Source: Acidobacteriota bacterium
Lineage (GTDB): Bacteria; Acidobacteriota; UBA4820; DSQY01
NCBI GenBank assembly: GCA_049967655.1
Contig: JBMFSH010000004.1
Location: forward strand, 25,193-89,192
Length of the DNA stretch: 64,000 nucleotides
Reading direction: 5' to 3'
The position numbers and the translations under genes are program-made. Positions 10,495 to 19,381 of the stretch are shown piece after piece (within the stretch, counting starts at the first letter, position 1; each line of letters opens with the position of its first letter). Under the pieces are notes generated by a model. It was given only the letters and a program-made list of their open reading frames with translations, did not search any database and was not told the origin of the DNA.

Positions 10495-11010
10495 TCAGCC
10501 CTTCTGGCCGGCGGTATAGCTCTGCAGGAGCTTGGTGAGCTCCTCGGTCATCTGGTGGCCCCGGTACCGGATCACACCCTTCCCGTCCAGGAGGATCACC
10601 GTGGGGATAACCTCGACGCCGTACTCGGTGGCGATCTTGTTGTCCACGTCCCAGAGGACCGTGTAGGGCAGCTGCTGCTCCTGCTGGAACCGGACCACCT
10701 CTTCCCGGCTCTCCCGGAAGTTGAGGGCCACGCCCAGCATCCGGAGCCCCTTCTTGGCGTACTCCTCGTGGATCTTCTTCAGGTCGGGGATCTCCCGCTT
10801 GCAGGGGGGACACCACGTGGCCCAGAAAAACAGCAGGGTGGGCTTGCCCTCGTTCTGGAGAAGGCTCACCGGCTGGCCGCCCTGCACGGGCTGGAGCGTG
10901 AAATCCTGGGCGGCCTGCCCCACACCGTTCCCCGCGAAGACCGTGGCCATCGCCAGAACCCCGGCGAGGGCGGCGGCCAGGATGGTCGTTTTCTTAGCGT
11001 TCGATGCCAT
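10495..11010 (-). CDS. TlpA/ResA-family thiol-disulfide oxidoreductase, exported
   Basis: Signal peptide, FWATWCPPCKREIP, YGVEVIPT. Confidence 0.92.
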   Translation of the reverse strand: MASNAKKTTILAAALAGVLAMATVFAGNGVGQAAQDFTLQPVQGGQPVSLLQNEGKPTLLFFWATWCPPCKREIPDLKKIHEEYAKKGLRMLGVALNFRESREEVVRFQQEQQLPYTVLWDVDNKIATEYGVEVIPTVILLDGKGVIRYRGHQMTEELTKLLQSYTAGQKG

Positions 11011-11344
11011 GGCTATTCTCCTCGGAGGCGAATGATACGCCGGAAACGGGTCCGGCTGCAAGGCGCAACCGGTGCTTCAGGCGGCGGCAGATGGCCCTGC
11101 TCGGGTCGTCCATGCAGTCCATGCAGAGGCGCAGAGCCTCACGCAGTTTGGCCGGCGCCGGTTCGGTGGAGCGCCCCAGCGGGATCACCGACTCCACCAG
11201 GACCCTCTGGGCCTTCAGCGCCGAGGCGCAGGGCAGGCACGTCGAGCAGTGGGACTCGACCTCCCGTTTGTCGCGCCCATCGAGTTGTCCTCGCAGGTAA
11301 GCACCGAGCTTGGCCCGCACCCGTCCACAAGGTGACATCTCCAT
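10994..11344 (-). CDS. Zinc-binding anti-sigma factor (zf-HC2/RsrA-like), cytoplasmic
   Basis: C-x-HCSTCLPC (HxxxCxxC), no TM segment, directly downstream of an ECF sigma. Confidence 0.82.
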   Translation of the reverse strand: MEMSPCGRVRAKLGAYLRGQLDGRDKREVESHCSTCLPCASALKAQRVLVESVIPLGRSTEPAPAKLREALRLCMDCMDDPSRAICRRLKHRLRLAAGPVSGVSFASEENSHGIER

Positions 11345-11418
11345 TCCTCCCAATGGTGCGCACGTTCACCGCCGTGGCTGATTCCGGCGGTGCCCCGGCC
11401 GTGCCGACTCCTGATTCT

Positions 11419-12072
11419 TCAAGCCCCTTGGGCCATAGCCGGTGCCGCAAGCTGGACCCCCTGGCTCCAGCCGCGATCCGGCGTGTGCCCGCCGAGCTGC
11501 CTCTGCATCAGTTTCCGGGCCCGGTGTATGCGGGACATGATCGTTCCGATGGGGCAGTCCATCATGTCGGCGATCTCCCGGTAGGAAAAGCCGCCCACCA
11601 AAGATAGCATCAAAGCCTCCCGGTAGCCCGGGGGGAGCGTCTCGAAGGCCTGCTGGACGTCCTCCTTGAGGATGGAGTTCAGCAGCGTCGCCTCGGGGTC
11701 GGCCGGCCGCATGCCCAGGTGCTCCACCTGGCTCTCCTGCGTCTCCTCGATGGACTCGAAATCCACCTCGTTGGGTCGCCTGTGCTGTTTGCGGTAGTGG
11801 TTGATGAAGGTGTTCTTGAGGATACGGTAGAGCCAGGCCTTGCAGTTGGTGCCGGGCTCATACTTGTCGAAGAAGCGGTAGGCCCGAAGGAAGGTCTCCT
11901 GGACCAGATCCTGGGCGTCGTCCTCGTTCCTGGTGATCTTCAGCGCCAGGTTGTACAAGAAATCCAGGTGGATGAGTGCAGTCTGTTCAAAATAGGCTCG
12001 GGATACCATGGGCTTTCCCCTTGCTTTTTTTGCTCTTTCCTTGTCGCCGTTCGAGTAGTCTTGCGATTGCAC
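11419..12072 (-). CDS. ECF sigma factor, SigR/SigH-like
   Basis: [55 protein letters not shown]; start uncertain (GTG 12072 or ATG 12009). Confidence 0.9.
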   Translation of the reverse strand: MQSQDYSNGDKERAKKARGKPMVSRAYFEQTALIHLDFLYNLALKITRNEDDAQDLVQETFLRAYRFFDKYEPGTNCKAWLYRILKNTFINHYRKQHRRPNEVDFESIEETQESQVEHLGMRPADPEATLLNSILKEDVQQAFETLPPGYREALMLSLVGGFSYREIADMMDCPIGTIMSRIHRARKLMQRQLGGHTPDRGWSQGVQLAAPAMAQGA

Positions 12073-12109
12073 CTCGTTCGAACCCTGTGGTATAGGTTGG
12101 AATCCTTTT

Positions 12110-13237
12110 GTGGCTGGAGGTTGCGTGCTGTCCTATCTCTATGGAGCCTTGACTCGCCTTGCGGGCCTCTCCACCATCCGGAGAGCCGAACTTCTTGGCC
12201 AGGAGGATCTTCTGCTCCGGCTGCGCTCCGGGAGAAAGGTCCCCGAGCTGCACCCTTCGATAAGCAAGGCCGCTGCCAAACTGGACTGGGAGGCGTGCGA
12301 ACGCCAGGACAGGGAGGCCCAGGCCCGTGGAATCAAGCTCCTGAGCTGGGACGACGGCCGGTACCCCGCCGCCTTGAGAACCGTGCCCGATCCTCCCCCG
12401 GCCCTCTATCTGCTGGGCTCGGTCGAGGCGCTGGAGGACCCTGCCGTGGCGGTGGTGGGCTCGCGCCTGTGCACCGTCTACGGGCAGAACGTGGCGCAAA
12501 CCCTGGCGGCCGAATGGGCCCGATCTGGACTGACCGTGGTGAGCGGCCTGGCCCGTGGCATAGACTCCTCTGCCCACGAGGGTTCCCTGGTGGTCCCCGG
12601 CAGAGCCGCGGCCGTCCTGGGAACCGGGATCGACGTACCCTACCCCAGGGAAAACGAAGGGCTCATGAGGCGGATCGTGGAGCGGGGAGGAGCCGTGGTG
12701 ACGGAGTTCCCGCCCGGCACCCCGCCGGCGCCCAGGAATTTTCCCCTCCGGAACCGGGTTATTGCGGGCTTGGTCTGGGGCGTGGTGATCGTGGAGGCCA
12801 CCGAGCGCTCCGGCTCTCTCATCACTGCCCGTTTCGCTCTTGAAACGGGCCGGGAAGTGTTCGCGGTCCCGCAAAACATTACCAGCCGCACGGCCATTGG
12901 CCCTAATACCTTGATTCAGAAGGGGGCCAAGCTGATCCAGCGGGGGCAGGACCTCCTGGAGGAGCTGCCCGAGCATCTTCGTTGCAAGCTGAAACAGACG
13001 GAGAAGACGGAGGGGACCACCCCGGATCCGCGCTCGGAGCCATCGACGGAGAACAGACGCCTCCTCGCCCTGCTGAAACCCGACCGGGGACTCAGCGTGG
13101 ATGAGTTGTGCCGGAGCTCCGATCTGCCGGCGTCGGAGGTGCTCGCCGGCCTTCTCGAGTTGCAAATGGCGGGTGTCTGTGTAGAATTGCCCGGGATGCG
13201 CTACGCCCTGAAGGGCCGGATGAAGGAGCCCCACTGA
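12110..13237 (+). CDS. dprA: DNA processing protein DprA
   Basis: [33 protein letters not shown]-terminal winged helix. Confidence 0.94.
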   Translation: MAGGCVLSYLYGALTRLAGLSTIRRAELLGQEDLLLRLRSGRKVPELHPSISKAAAKLDWEACERQDREAQARGIKLLSWDDGRYPAALRTVPDPPPALYLLGSVEALEDPAVAVVGSRLCTVYGQNVAQTLAAEWARSGLTVVSGLARGIDSSAHEGSLVVPGRAAAVLGTGIDVPYPRENEGLMRRIVERGGAVVTEFPPGTPPAPRNFPLRNRVIAGLVWGVVIVEATERSGSLITARFALETGREVFAVPQNITSRTAIGPNTLIQKGAKLIQRGQDLLEELPEHLRCKLKQTEKTEGTTPDPRSEPSTENRRLLALLKPDRGLSVDELCRSSDLPASEVLAGLLELQMAGVCVELPGMRYALKGRMKEPH

Positions 13238-15597
13238 TGTCTCAGACCCTCTTGATCGTGGAATCGCCGGCCAAGGCCAAGGCCATCCAGAAGTATCTGG
13301 GCAAGGGCTTCACCGTCAAGGCCTCCATGGGCCACGTGCGAGACCTGCCTTCCAACAAGATGGCGGTGGACGTGGAGAAGGACTTCCGCCCCACCTTCGT
13401 GATCCTGCCGAAGAAGAAGGCCGCCGTGGCCGAGATCCACTCCGCCGCCCAGAGGGTCGGCGCCATTCTGCTCGCGGCCGACCCCGACCGGGAGGGAGAG
13501 GCCATCTGCTACCACCTCCAGGAGATCCTGAAGGATACGGGCAAGCCAGTGGGGCGGGTCCTTTTCCACGAGATCACCTCCGGCGCCATCCGGGAGGCCG
13601 TGGAGCACCCGATCGAGGTGGATGCCCGAAAGGTGAACGCCCAGATGGCCCGCCGGGTGATCGACCGGCTGGTGGGCTACCAGATCTCCCCCCTGCTGTG
13701 GGAGAAGGTCAAGAAGGGCCTCTCCGCGGGCCGGGTGCAGACCGTGGCCCTGCGCATGATCTGCGAGCGCGAGGAGGCCATCCGCACCTTCGTGGCCGAG
13801 GAGTATTGGACCCTCACGGCCCGCCTCGAGGGGGAGGCCCATGTGCCCTTCGAAGCCAAGCTGACCCAGTGGCAGGGCAAGAAGGCGGAGGTACGATCCG
13901 CCGCCGAGAGCGAGACCGTCCTCCGGGCCCTCGAGGGGCACCCCTGGTCGGTCTCCAAGGTCGAAAAGAAGAAGCAGAAGCGCTCCCCCCTTCCGCCCTT
14001 CATCACCAGCAAGCTCCAGCAGGAGGCGGCCCGCCTTCTGCACTTCCCCGTGAAGAAGACCATGTCCGTCGCCCAGCGCCTCTACGAGGGCGTGGACCTG
14101 GCCGACGGCGAGACGGTGGGCCTCATCACCTATATGCGTACCGACTCCACGCGCGTCTCGCCTCAGGCCGTGGAGGCGGCGCGGGCCTTCATCCCGCAGG
14201 CCTTCGGGGCCGACTACCTGGCACCCAAACCCCGTCTCTACGCGCCGGCCAAGGCGGCGCAGGATGCCCACGAGGCCATTCGCCCCACCGACGTGACCCG
14301 GACGCCCGATTCCGTGAAGGGCTCCCTCTCCAGGGACGAGCACGCCCTCTACCGGCTGATCTGGAGACGCTTCGTGGCCTCGCAGATGGCCGACGCCGTT
14401 TTCGACGCCACGAAGGTCCAGGCGGCTTGTGGCGACGGAATCTTCTCGGCCGCGGGGTCGGTGTGCGTCTTCCAGGGATTCCTGGCCGCCTACGAGGTGG
14501 AGGAGAACGGAGAGAAAGGCGTCCTTCCCCCCCTGCGGGAGGGCGAGCCGCTGCGCCTGCTCGATCTGACGCCCGAGCAGAAATTCACCGAACCTCCGGC
14601 CCGCTACACCGAGGCTTCGCTCGTCAAGGCTCTGGAGGAGAACGGCATCGGCCGCCCCTCCACCTACGCGGCCATCATCTCCACCATCCAAGAGCGCGAA
14701 TACGTGGTCAAGGAAAAGGCCTTTCTCCTGCCTACGGATCTCGGCAAGATCGTGAGCGACATCCTGGTGAAGCACTTTCCGGCCCTGTTTGATGTCGGCT
14801 ACACGGCCGGCCTGGAAAACGATCTGGACCAGGTGGAGAACGGCAAGGAGGAGCGGCTCGCCCTCCTCAAGCGCTTCTGGGCCCAGTTCGAAAAGGAGCT
14901 GGAGGCGGCCAGGGGCAGCATGGTGGACCTCCGGAAGGAGGGGCAGCCCACCGACGAGGTGTGCGACAAATGCGGCAAGCCCATGGTGCTGCGGATGGGC
15001 CGATTCGGCCGGTTCCTGGCCTGCACGGGCTATCCGGAGTGCAAGGGGACCCGCCCCGTGGCCGACGAGAATCCTCCCGAGGTGCCCGAGGAGCACAAGA
15101 CCTGCGAGAAGTGCGGGGGCGCCATGACCGTCCGCCAGGGCCGGTTCGGCCCCTTCCTCGCCTGCGAGAACTACCCCGCCTGCAAGACCACCATCAAGCT
15201 CCGGCGCAGCAAGGAGGGCAAGGTTGTGGCCGCCAAGGACGAGCTCCTCGACGAGAAGTGCCCCGAGTGCGGCAACTCTCTCGTGAAGAAGCAGGGGAGG
15301 TACGGTCCCTTCGTGGCCTGCTCCAACTACCCCGCCTGCAAGTACATCCAGAAGGAGACGCTGGAGGTCCCCTGCCCCAAGTGCGGCAAGCCCCTCGCCA
15401 AGCGTTTCGCCAAGAGCCGGAAGGTCTTTTACGGCTGCACGGGGTATCCGGAGTGCGACTTCGTCTCCTGGTCCAAGCCCCTCCCGGGTCCCTGCCCGCT
15501 GTGCGGCAGCCCCTACCTCGTGGAGCGCCGGGGCCGCTCGGGAGCCTCCAGGGCCTGCCCCGCCAAGGGCTGTACCTTCAGCGAACCGCTCCCCTGA
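13237..15597 (+). CDS. topA: DNA topoisomerase I with five C-terminal zinc ribbons
   Basis: IVESPAKAK, DPDREGEAI, SAGRVQ, catalytic LITYMRTDS, GIGRPSTY; TGATG overlap with dprA. Confidence 0.96.
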   Translation: MSQTLLIVESPAKAKAIQKYLGKGFTVKASMGHVRDLPSNKMAVDVEKDFRPTFVILPKKKAAVAEIHSAAQRVGAILLAADPDREGEAICYHLQEILKDTGKPVGRVLFHEITSGAIREAVEHPIEVDARKVNAQMARRVIDRLVGYQISPLLWEKVKKGLSAGRVQTVALRMICEREEAIRTFVAEEYWTLTARLEGEAHVPFEAKLTQWQGKKAEVRSAAESETVLRALEGHPWSVSKVEKKKQKRSPLPPFITSKLQQEAARLLHFPVKKTMSVAQRLYEGVDLADGETVGLITYMRTDSTRVSPQAVEAARAFIPQAFGADYLAPKPRLYAPAKAAQDAHEAIRPTDVTRTPDSVKGSLSRDEHALYRLIWRRFVASQMADAVFDATKVQAACGDGIFSAAGSVCVFQGFLAAYEVEENGEKGVLPPLREGEPLRLLDLTPEQKFTEPPARYTEASLVKALEENGIGRPSTYAAIISTIQEREYVVKEKAFLLPTDLGKIVSDILVKHFPALFDVGYTAGLENDLDQVENGKEERLALLKRFWAQFEKELEAARGSMVDLRKEGQPTDEVCDKCGKPMVLRMGRFGRFLACTGYPECKGTRPVADENPPEVPEEHKTCEKCGGAMTVRQGRFGPFLACENYPACKTTIKLRRSKEGKVVAAKDELLDEKCPECGNSLVKKQGRYGPFVACSNYPACKYIQKETLEVPCPKCGKPLAKRFAKSRKVFYGCTGYPECDFVSWSKPLPGPCPLCGSPYLVERRGRSGASRACPAKGCTFSEPLP

Positions 15598-15809
15598 GGA
15601 TTGGGGAATCGGCATCGGCACGATACGTGAACTCTGCCCCTCTCCCCTATCCACACCCCGGGCCATCGTCACCTCCAGTGTCTGGCGTGGCGAGTCTCGC
15701 GCCCCCTGTTCCCCGGGATTCCGAGATGAGGAGAGGCCGAGATGCAGGGAGGAACGAACAGGTGGTGCTCCCGACGTGTCCTGTCCTCCTCGCTTCTCAC
15801 CTCTTTTCC

Positions 15810-15851
15810 CGTCCCCTGTCCCCTGTCCCTTGTCCCTTGCCCCCTGTCCCT
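15810..15851 (+). repeat. Six TGTCCCY-type heptamers
   Basis: cgtcccc tgtcccc tgtccct tgtccct tgccccc tgtccct. Confidence 0.9.
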
Positions 15852-15856
15852 CCCCC

Positions 15857-15882
15857 AAAAAAAGGAGGGCCTTTCGGCCCTC
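15857..15882 (-). terminator. Rho-independent terminator of lpxC
   Basis: GAGGGCC/GGCCCTC stem with A7 on + strand (U-tract on -). Confidence 0.8.
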
Positions 15883-15914
15883 GATGGTTGGAGGAAGGAA
15901 GTTGAGTAAGGAGG

Positions 15915-16808
15915 TTAAGCGAAAGGAGGCGCCAAGCCCAGGGCGGGGGACCAGCTCTCCTTGGAGGACTCGATTTGATTAGAGGCCATGGAGGTCCTGA
16001 GCAGACGCGCCATCTGGGTGTGAAGGCGGTGGCCGCCCTTATGGACCAGGAGGTGGGCCTTGAGGGGGAATCCCGCCAGGGAGATGTCCCCCAGGACGTC
16101 GAGGATCTTGTGGCGGACGAATTCGTTCAGGAACCGGAGGTCCGAGTTGAGGGCGCGGCTTTCGCCGAGGACGATGGCGTTGTCCACCGAACCGCCGAGC
16201 GCCAGCCCCCGGACCCTGAGTGCCTCCACGTCCCGCATGAAACCGAAGGTGCGCGCCGGGGCGATCTGGTCCACGAAGGTGTTCTCGTTCACCGGGATGG
16301 TGAGGGTTTGCTGACGGATCATGGGGTGGTTGAACTCGATGGTGTAGGTCACGCGCAGCTCGTCGGAGGGGAGGAGCTTGATCCAGCGATCCGCCTCTTT
16401 CACCTCCAGGGGCTTGGTGACCCTGAAGTATCGCCTTGTCTTGCTCTGGTTGACCACGCCCGATTCGCGGATGAGGTAGACAAAGGGGGCCGCCGAGCCA
16501 TCCATGATGGGCACCTCGGAGGCGTCCAGCTCCACCACGGCGTTATCCACACCCAGGCCGTAGAAGGCCCCAAGAAGGTGCTCCACGGTCTTGACCTGGA
16601 TTCCTCCGGCCCCCAGCGTGGTGGCAAAATCGACCTTGTTCACGTTGAGGGCGCTGGCTGAGATCTCGTATCCGTCCTGGTCGATCCTTCGGAAGACGAT
16701 ACCCGTGTCGGGCTGGGCGGGCAGAAGGCGCAGGAGCACTTTCTTGCCGGAGTGGAGCCCGATGCCGGTGCATTCGATGCCTTGCCTGAGGGTTCTCTGG
16801 TAGTACAC
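15915..16808 (-). CDS. lpxC: UDP-3-O-acyl-GlcNAc deacetylase
   Basis: QRTL, GIGLHSG, TVEHLL, EVPIMDGSA, EFVRHKILD. Confidence 0.96.
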   Translation of the reverse strand: MYYQRTLRQGIECTGIGLHSGKKVLLRLLPAQPDTGIVFRRIDQDGYEISASALNVNKVDFATTLGAGGIQVKTVEHLLGAFYGLGVDNAVVELDASEVPIMDGSAAPFVYLIRESGVVNQSKTRRYFRVTKPLEVKEADRWIKLLPSDELRVTYTIEFNHPMIRQQTLTIPVNENTFVDQIAPARTFGFMRDVEALRVRGLALGGSVDNAIVLGESRALNSDLRFLNEFVRHKILDVLGDISLAGFPLKAHLLVHKGGHRLHTQMARLLRTSMASNQIESSKESWSPALGLAPPFA

Positions 16809-16831
16809 TCCCTACCTCCGGGGGCATTTTA

Positions 16832-16846
16832 GCAAGCCCCATGCCA
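16832..16846 (-). promoter_or_regulatory. Sigma-54-type -24/-12 promoter of lpxC
   Basis: Minus strand TGGCATGGGGCTTGC (GG-N10-GC), 23 nt upstream of the start codon. Confidence 0.72.
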
Positions 16847-16919
16847 ACTCCGCATCCTTATAAAGACAGGGCTCCGGAGAAGACCCTGTGACCATTTTGC
16901 CACAAGGGCTGTGTCGATT

Positions 16920-16970
16920 GGGGACAGGGGATAGGGGACAAGGGACAGGGGACAAGAGAAGGTGGGGACA
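16920..16970 (+). repeat. GGGGACA-type heptamer array
   Basis: ggggaca ggggata ggggaca agggaca ggggaca ... ggggaca; reverse complement of the 15810 family. Confidence 0.9.
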
Positions 16971-17107
16971 CGGGTTGTTGGGTCATGCCCTTCTTTCGGC
17001 CCTTGGCACAGGCGGCGGTGACGCGCGGTCGAACCGGGGTTCCCACGGCCGCCGCCGTCGGCTTAAACTCTCGGGAGGAGGACCCGGTCCATAGATCGGA
17101 GCGGTGC

Positions 17108-17656
17108 ATGCGGGAGGACCAGGAGCGATGGCTCGAAGCCCTCAAAGCCCGACAGGAAGATGCCGTCCGTCAGCTCGTCCGGGAGTTCGGGGAGCCGCTT
17201 CGGCGCTATTGCGCGGCCATGGTGCGAAGCCCGGCGGACGGGGAGGACCTGGCGCAGGAGGCCCTGGCGCGGTTCGTCGGAGCGGTGGACACCTTTCGGG
17301 GCGAGGCCTCCGTCAAGACCTACCTCTTCCGGATCGCCCACAACCTCGCCCTCAACCACCTGGCCTCCTCCCCGGTGACCCACGAGGAGCTGCCGGGCGA
17401 GATTCGCGAGGGGCCGTCGCCGACCGTCTCCCCCCTCCACGCGGCCCAAAGCCGGGAGGAGAGCCGCATGCTGCGGGAGGCCGTGGCGCGCCTGCCGCCG
17501 CAGCAGCGCGCCGTGGTGGCCCTGCGAACTTGGCAGGACCTCTCGTTCAAGGAGATCGGCGCGGTGATGGGCCTCGCCGAGGGCACGGCCAAGGCCCACT
17601 ATTTCTTCGCGCTGCGCAATCTGCGCAGGCAGTTGGAGCCTAGCGATGAACCATGA
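17108..17656 (+). CDS. ECF sigma factor
   Basis: EDLAQEAL, FRGEASVKTYLFRIAHN, LPPQQRAVV, EGTAKAH. Confidence 0.9.
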   Translation: MREDQERWLEALKARQEDAVRQLVREFGEPLRRYCAAMVRSPADGEDLAQEALARFVGAVDTFRGEASVKTYLFRIAHNLALNHLASSPVTHEELPGEIREGPSPTVSPLHAAQSREESRMLREAVARLPPQQRAVVALRTWQDLSFKEIGAVMGLAEGTAKAHYFFALRNLRRQLEPSDEP

Positions 17657-18185
17657 CGAAACCTTGAGGGCGGTGGTAGCAGGCGGGCCCGCATCGGTCG
17701 AGGCCGGCCAGCACCTGGCCCAGTGCTCCCGCTGCCGGGAGGAGGCCGCGGCGCTGAAGGCCATCGAAGCGGCCCTCCGTGAGGCGGCACCGGCACCGGC
17801 ACCGGCCCACTGGCAGGAGACGGTCGTGCTGAGGCTCAGCGCCCGTCACCGGGCGGGGTGGGACCCTAGGCCCTGGACCCTCCTCCGGTGGCGGCCCGCC
17901 CTGGCCTCCGCGGCTCTGGCGGCGGGCCTAGCGCTGGCCTGGATGGGGTTCCTCCCGTTCCAGAGCCGGCACGTGGCCCTCTCGGTGGCGCTCGCCCCCC
18001 CCCGCCCCAGCTCTTCGCCCACGCTGACGGCCCGGGAGGCCTCTCTGCTCGACCTGGCCCACGAGGATTCCACCGCCTCCCTGCTGCAATGGAGCGAAAC
18101 CTCCGCCGCTGAACTGGGGCAGCCGCAAGCCGGCGATCTCGGCTACTACCTGGCCGCCACGGAATTAGGAGGATGGAATGGTTAA
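17646..18185 (+). CDS. Putative transmembrane anti-sigma factor (HxxxCxxC)
   Basis: HLAQCSRC, one TM segment, overlaps the sigma stop codon. Confidence 0.75.
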   Translation: MNHDETLRAVVAGGPASVEAGQHLAQCSRCREEAAALKAIEAALREAAPAPAPAHWQETVVLRLSARHRAGWDPRPWTLLRWRPALASAALAAGLALAWMGFLPFQSRHVALSVALAPPRPSSSPTLTAREASLLDLAHEDSTASLLQWSETSAAELGQPQAGDLGYYLAATELGGWNG

Positions 18186-18696
18186 AGCCTGCATCGCCAC
18201 CGCACTTTTTGCCCTCGTGGTCCTACCCACCGCCGCCCAGATGCCCGGTGGGCCCCCAGCTCGGGGGCCCGGCGCCGGCCCCGATCAGGAAACCCGCCGC
18301 GACGTAGCCCAGCTCTACCTGGTCCAGCGCATGCGCGAAGCCCTGGCCCTGACGGACGCGCAGACGCTCAAAGTGATGGACCTCTTGCAGCAGATCGACC
18401 GAGCCCGAATGGACCACCAGGCGGCCATCCGGAGCTTGGTTTCCTCCCTCCAGGCCCAGCTGGATGACCCCAAGACACCCGACTCGGCCTTCCGTGAGTC
18501 CGTGGAGAGCTTTCGGAAGGGGCAGGAGGAGTTCGAGCGGCGGGTGAGAGACCTGGAGTCGCGGCTTCTGGCCGTCATGACCCCACGCCAGCAGGTGCAA
18601 TTCCTTCTCCTCCGGCGCCAGCTCCTCATGCAGGGCAGGGAGGGGATGCGGGGAGCGGGCGACGAGGGCCGCCCACTCGGCCGCCGGCGCCGTTGA
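18178..18696 (+). CDS. Periplasmic helical protein, Spy/CpxP-like
   Basis: Signal peptide, LALTDAQ and VMTPRQQ LTxxQ-like motifs. Confidence 0.65.
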   Translation: MVKACIATALFALVVLPTAAQMPGGPPARGPGAGPDQETRRDVAQLYLVQRMREALALTDAQTLKVMDLLQQIDRARMDHQAAIRSLVSSLQAQLDDPKTPDSAFRESVESFRKGQEEFERRVRDLESRLLAVMTPRQQVQFLLLRRQLLMQGREGMRGAGDEGRPLGRRRR

Positions 18697-18702
18697 GGCA
18701 CG

Positions 18703-19167
18703 ATGGCCTCGCAGGAGGGGCAACGCCCGCGGAGTCTTCTTCGCTCATGGTGGCGGGGGTTCCTAGCATTTGTGGGGAGCTCCGCCGGTAAGGAGCGGCC
18801 CTCCGCCGTGGGCAGCTGGGGCGAGGAGGTGGCGGCCGCCTACCTCGAGGAACGGGGATACGAGCTCCTGGAGCGGAACTATCGGATCCGCGGGGGGGAG
18901 GCGGACCTGATCCTGCGGCTCGGAGAGTCCGTCGTGGTGGTCGAGGTGAAGACCCGCCAAGGGGGCGGCGCCGGGGCGGCGGTCACCGCCGTCACCCCGA
19001 AGAAGAGCCGGCGGGTATGGCGGGCGGCAAGGGCCTACTGCCGCAGGAGGGGGATCTCCCTGGCCCGCCTCCGGGTGGACGTGGTGACCGTCGAGAGCGG
19101 ACCCCACAAGGGTCGGCCCGTAGTGCGCCACTTTCCGGGCCTGCCTCCCCCGCGGGGCCGTTCCTGA
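18703..19167 (+). CDS. YraN family (UPF0102) putative nuclease
   Basis: GEEVAAAYLEERGYELLERNYR, GEADLI, VEVKTR, RVDVV. Confidence 0.9.
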   Translation: MASQEGQRPRSLLRSWWRGFLAFVGSSAGKERPSAVGSWGEEVAAAYLEERGYELLERNYRIRGGEADLILRLGESVVVVEVKTRQGGGAGAAVTAVTPKKSRRVWRAARAYCRRRGISLARLRVDVVTVESGPHKGRPVVRHFPGLPPPRGRS

Positions 19168-19218
19168 GCCCGCCGGCGTACCAACCCCCTTCCCCTCCGT
19201 CAAATCCGCGTTACACCA

Positions 19219-19231
19219 TAACATATTGATT
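19219..19231 (-). promoter_or_regulatory. IHF-consensus site
   Basis: Minus strand AATCAATATGTTA matches WATCAANNNNTTR, in an AT-rich patch of a GC-rich genome. Confidence 0.5.
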
Positions 19232-19342
19232 TTGAAGGCAGTCACAACACGGCACCCGGGAGATGTCTCGGCCCCGATTCAGGTCCATCGGCGCTTGGTT
19301 CCCCAAAGCACGGTACCGCGTTACTTTGAAGAAATAGGGCGT

Positions 19343-19357
19343 TGGCACCCGTCTTGC
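19343..19357 (+). promoter_or_regulatory. Sigma-54-type -24/-12 promoter of the WYL regulator
   Basis: TGGCACCCGTCTTGC (GG-N10-GC), followed by GGAGG RBS and TTG start at 19382. Confidence 0.72.
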
Positions 19358-19381
19358 CTGGGAGTGTAAGGGAGGTGCTCA

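Noticed and set aside
12078..12106. Autoregulatory SigR-type promoter (minus strand GGATT-N17-GTT)
   Set aside because: Imperfect -35 match and uncertain start codon; too weak to report.
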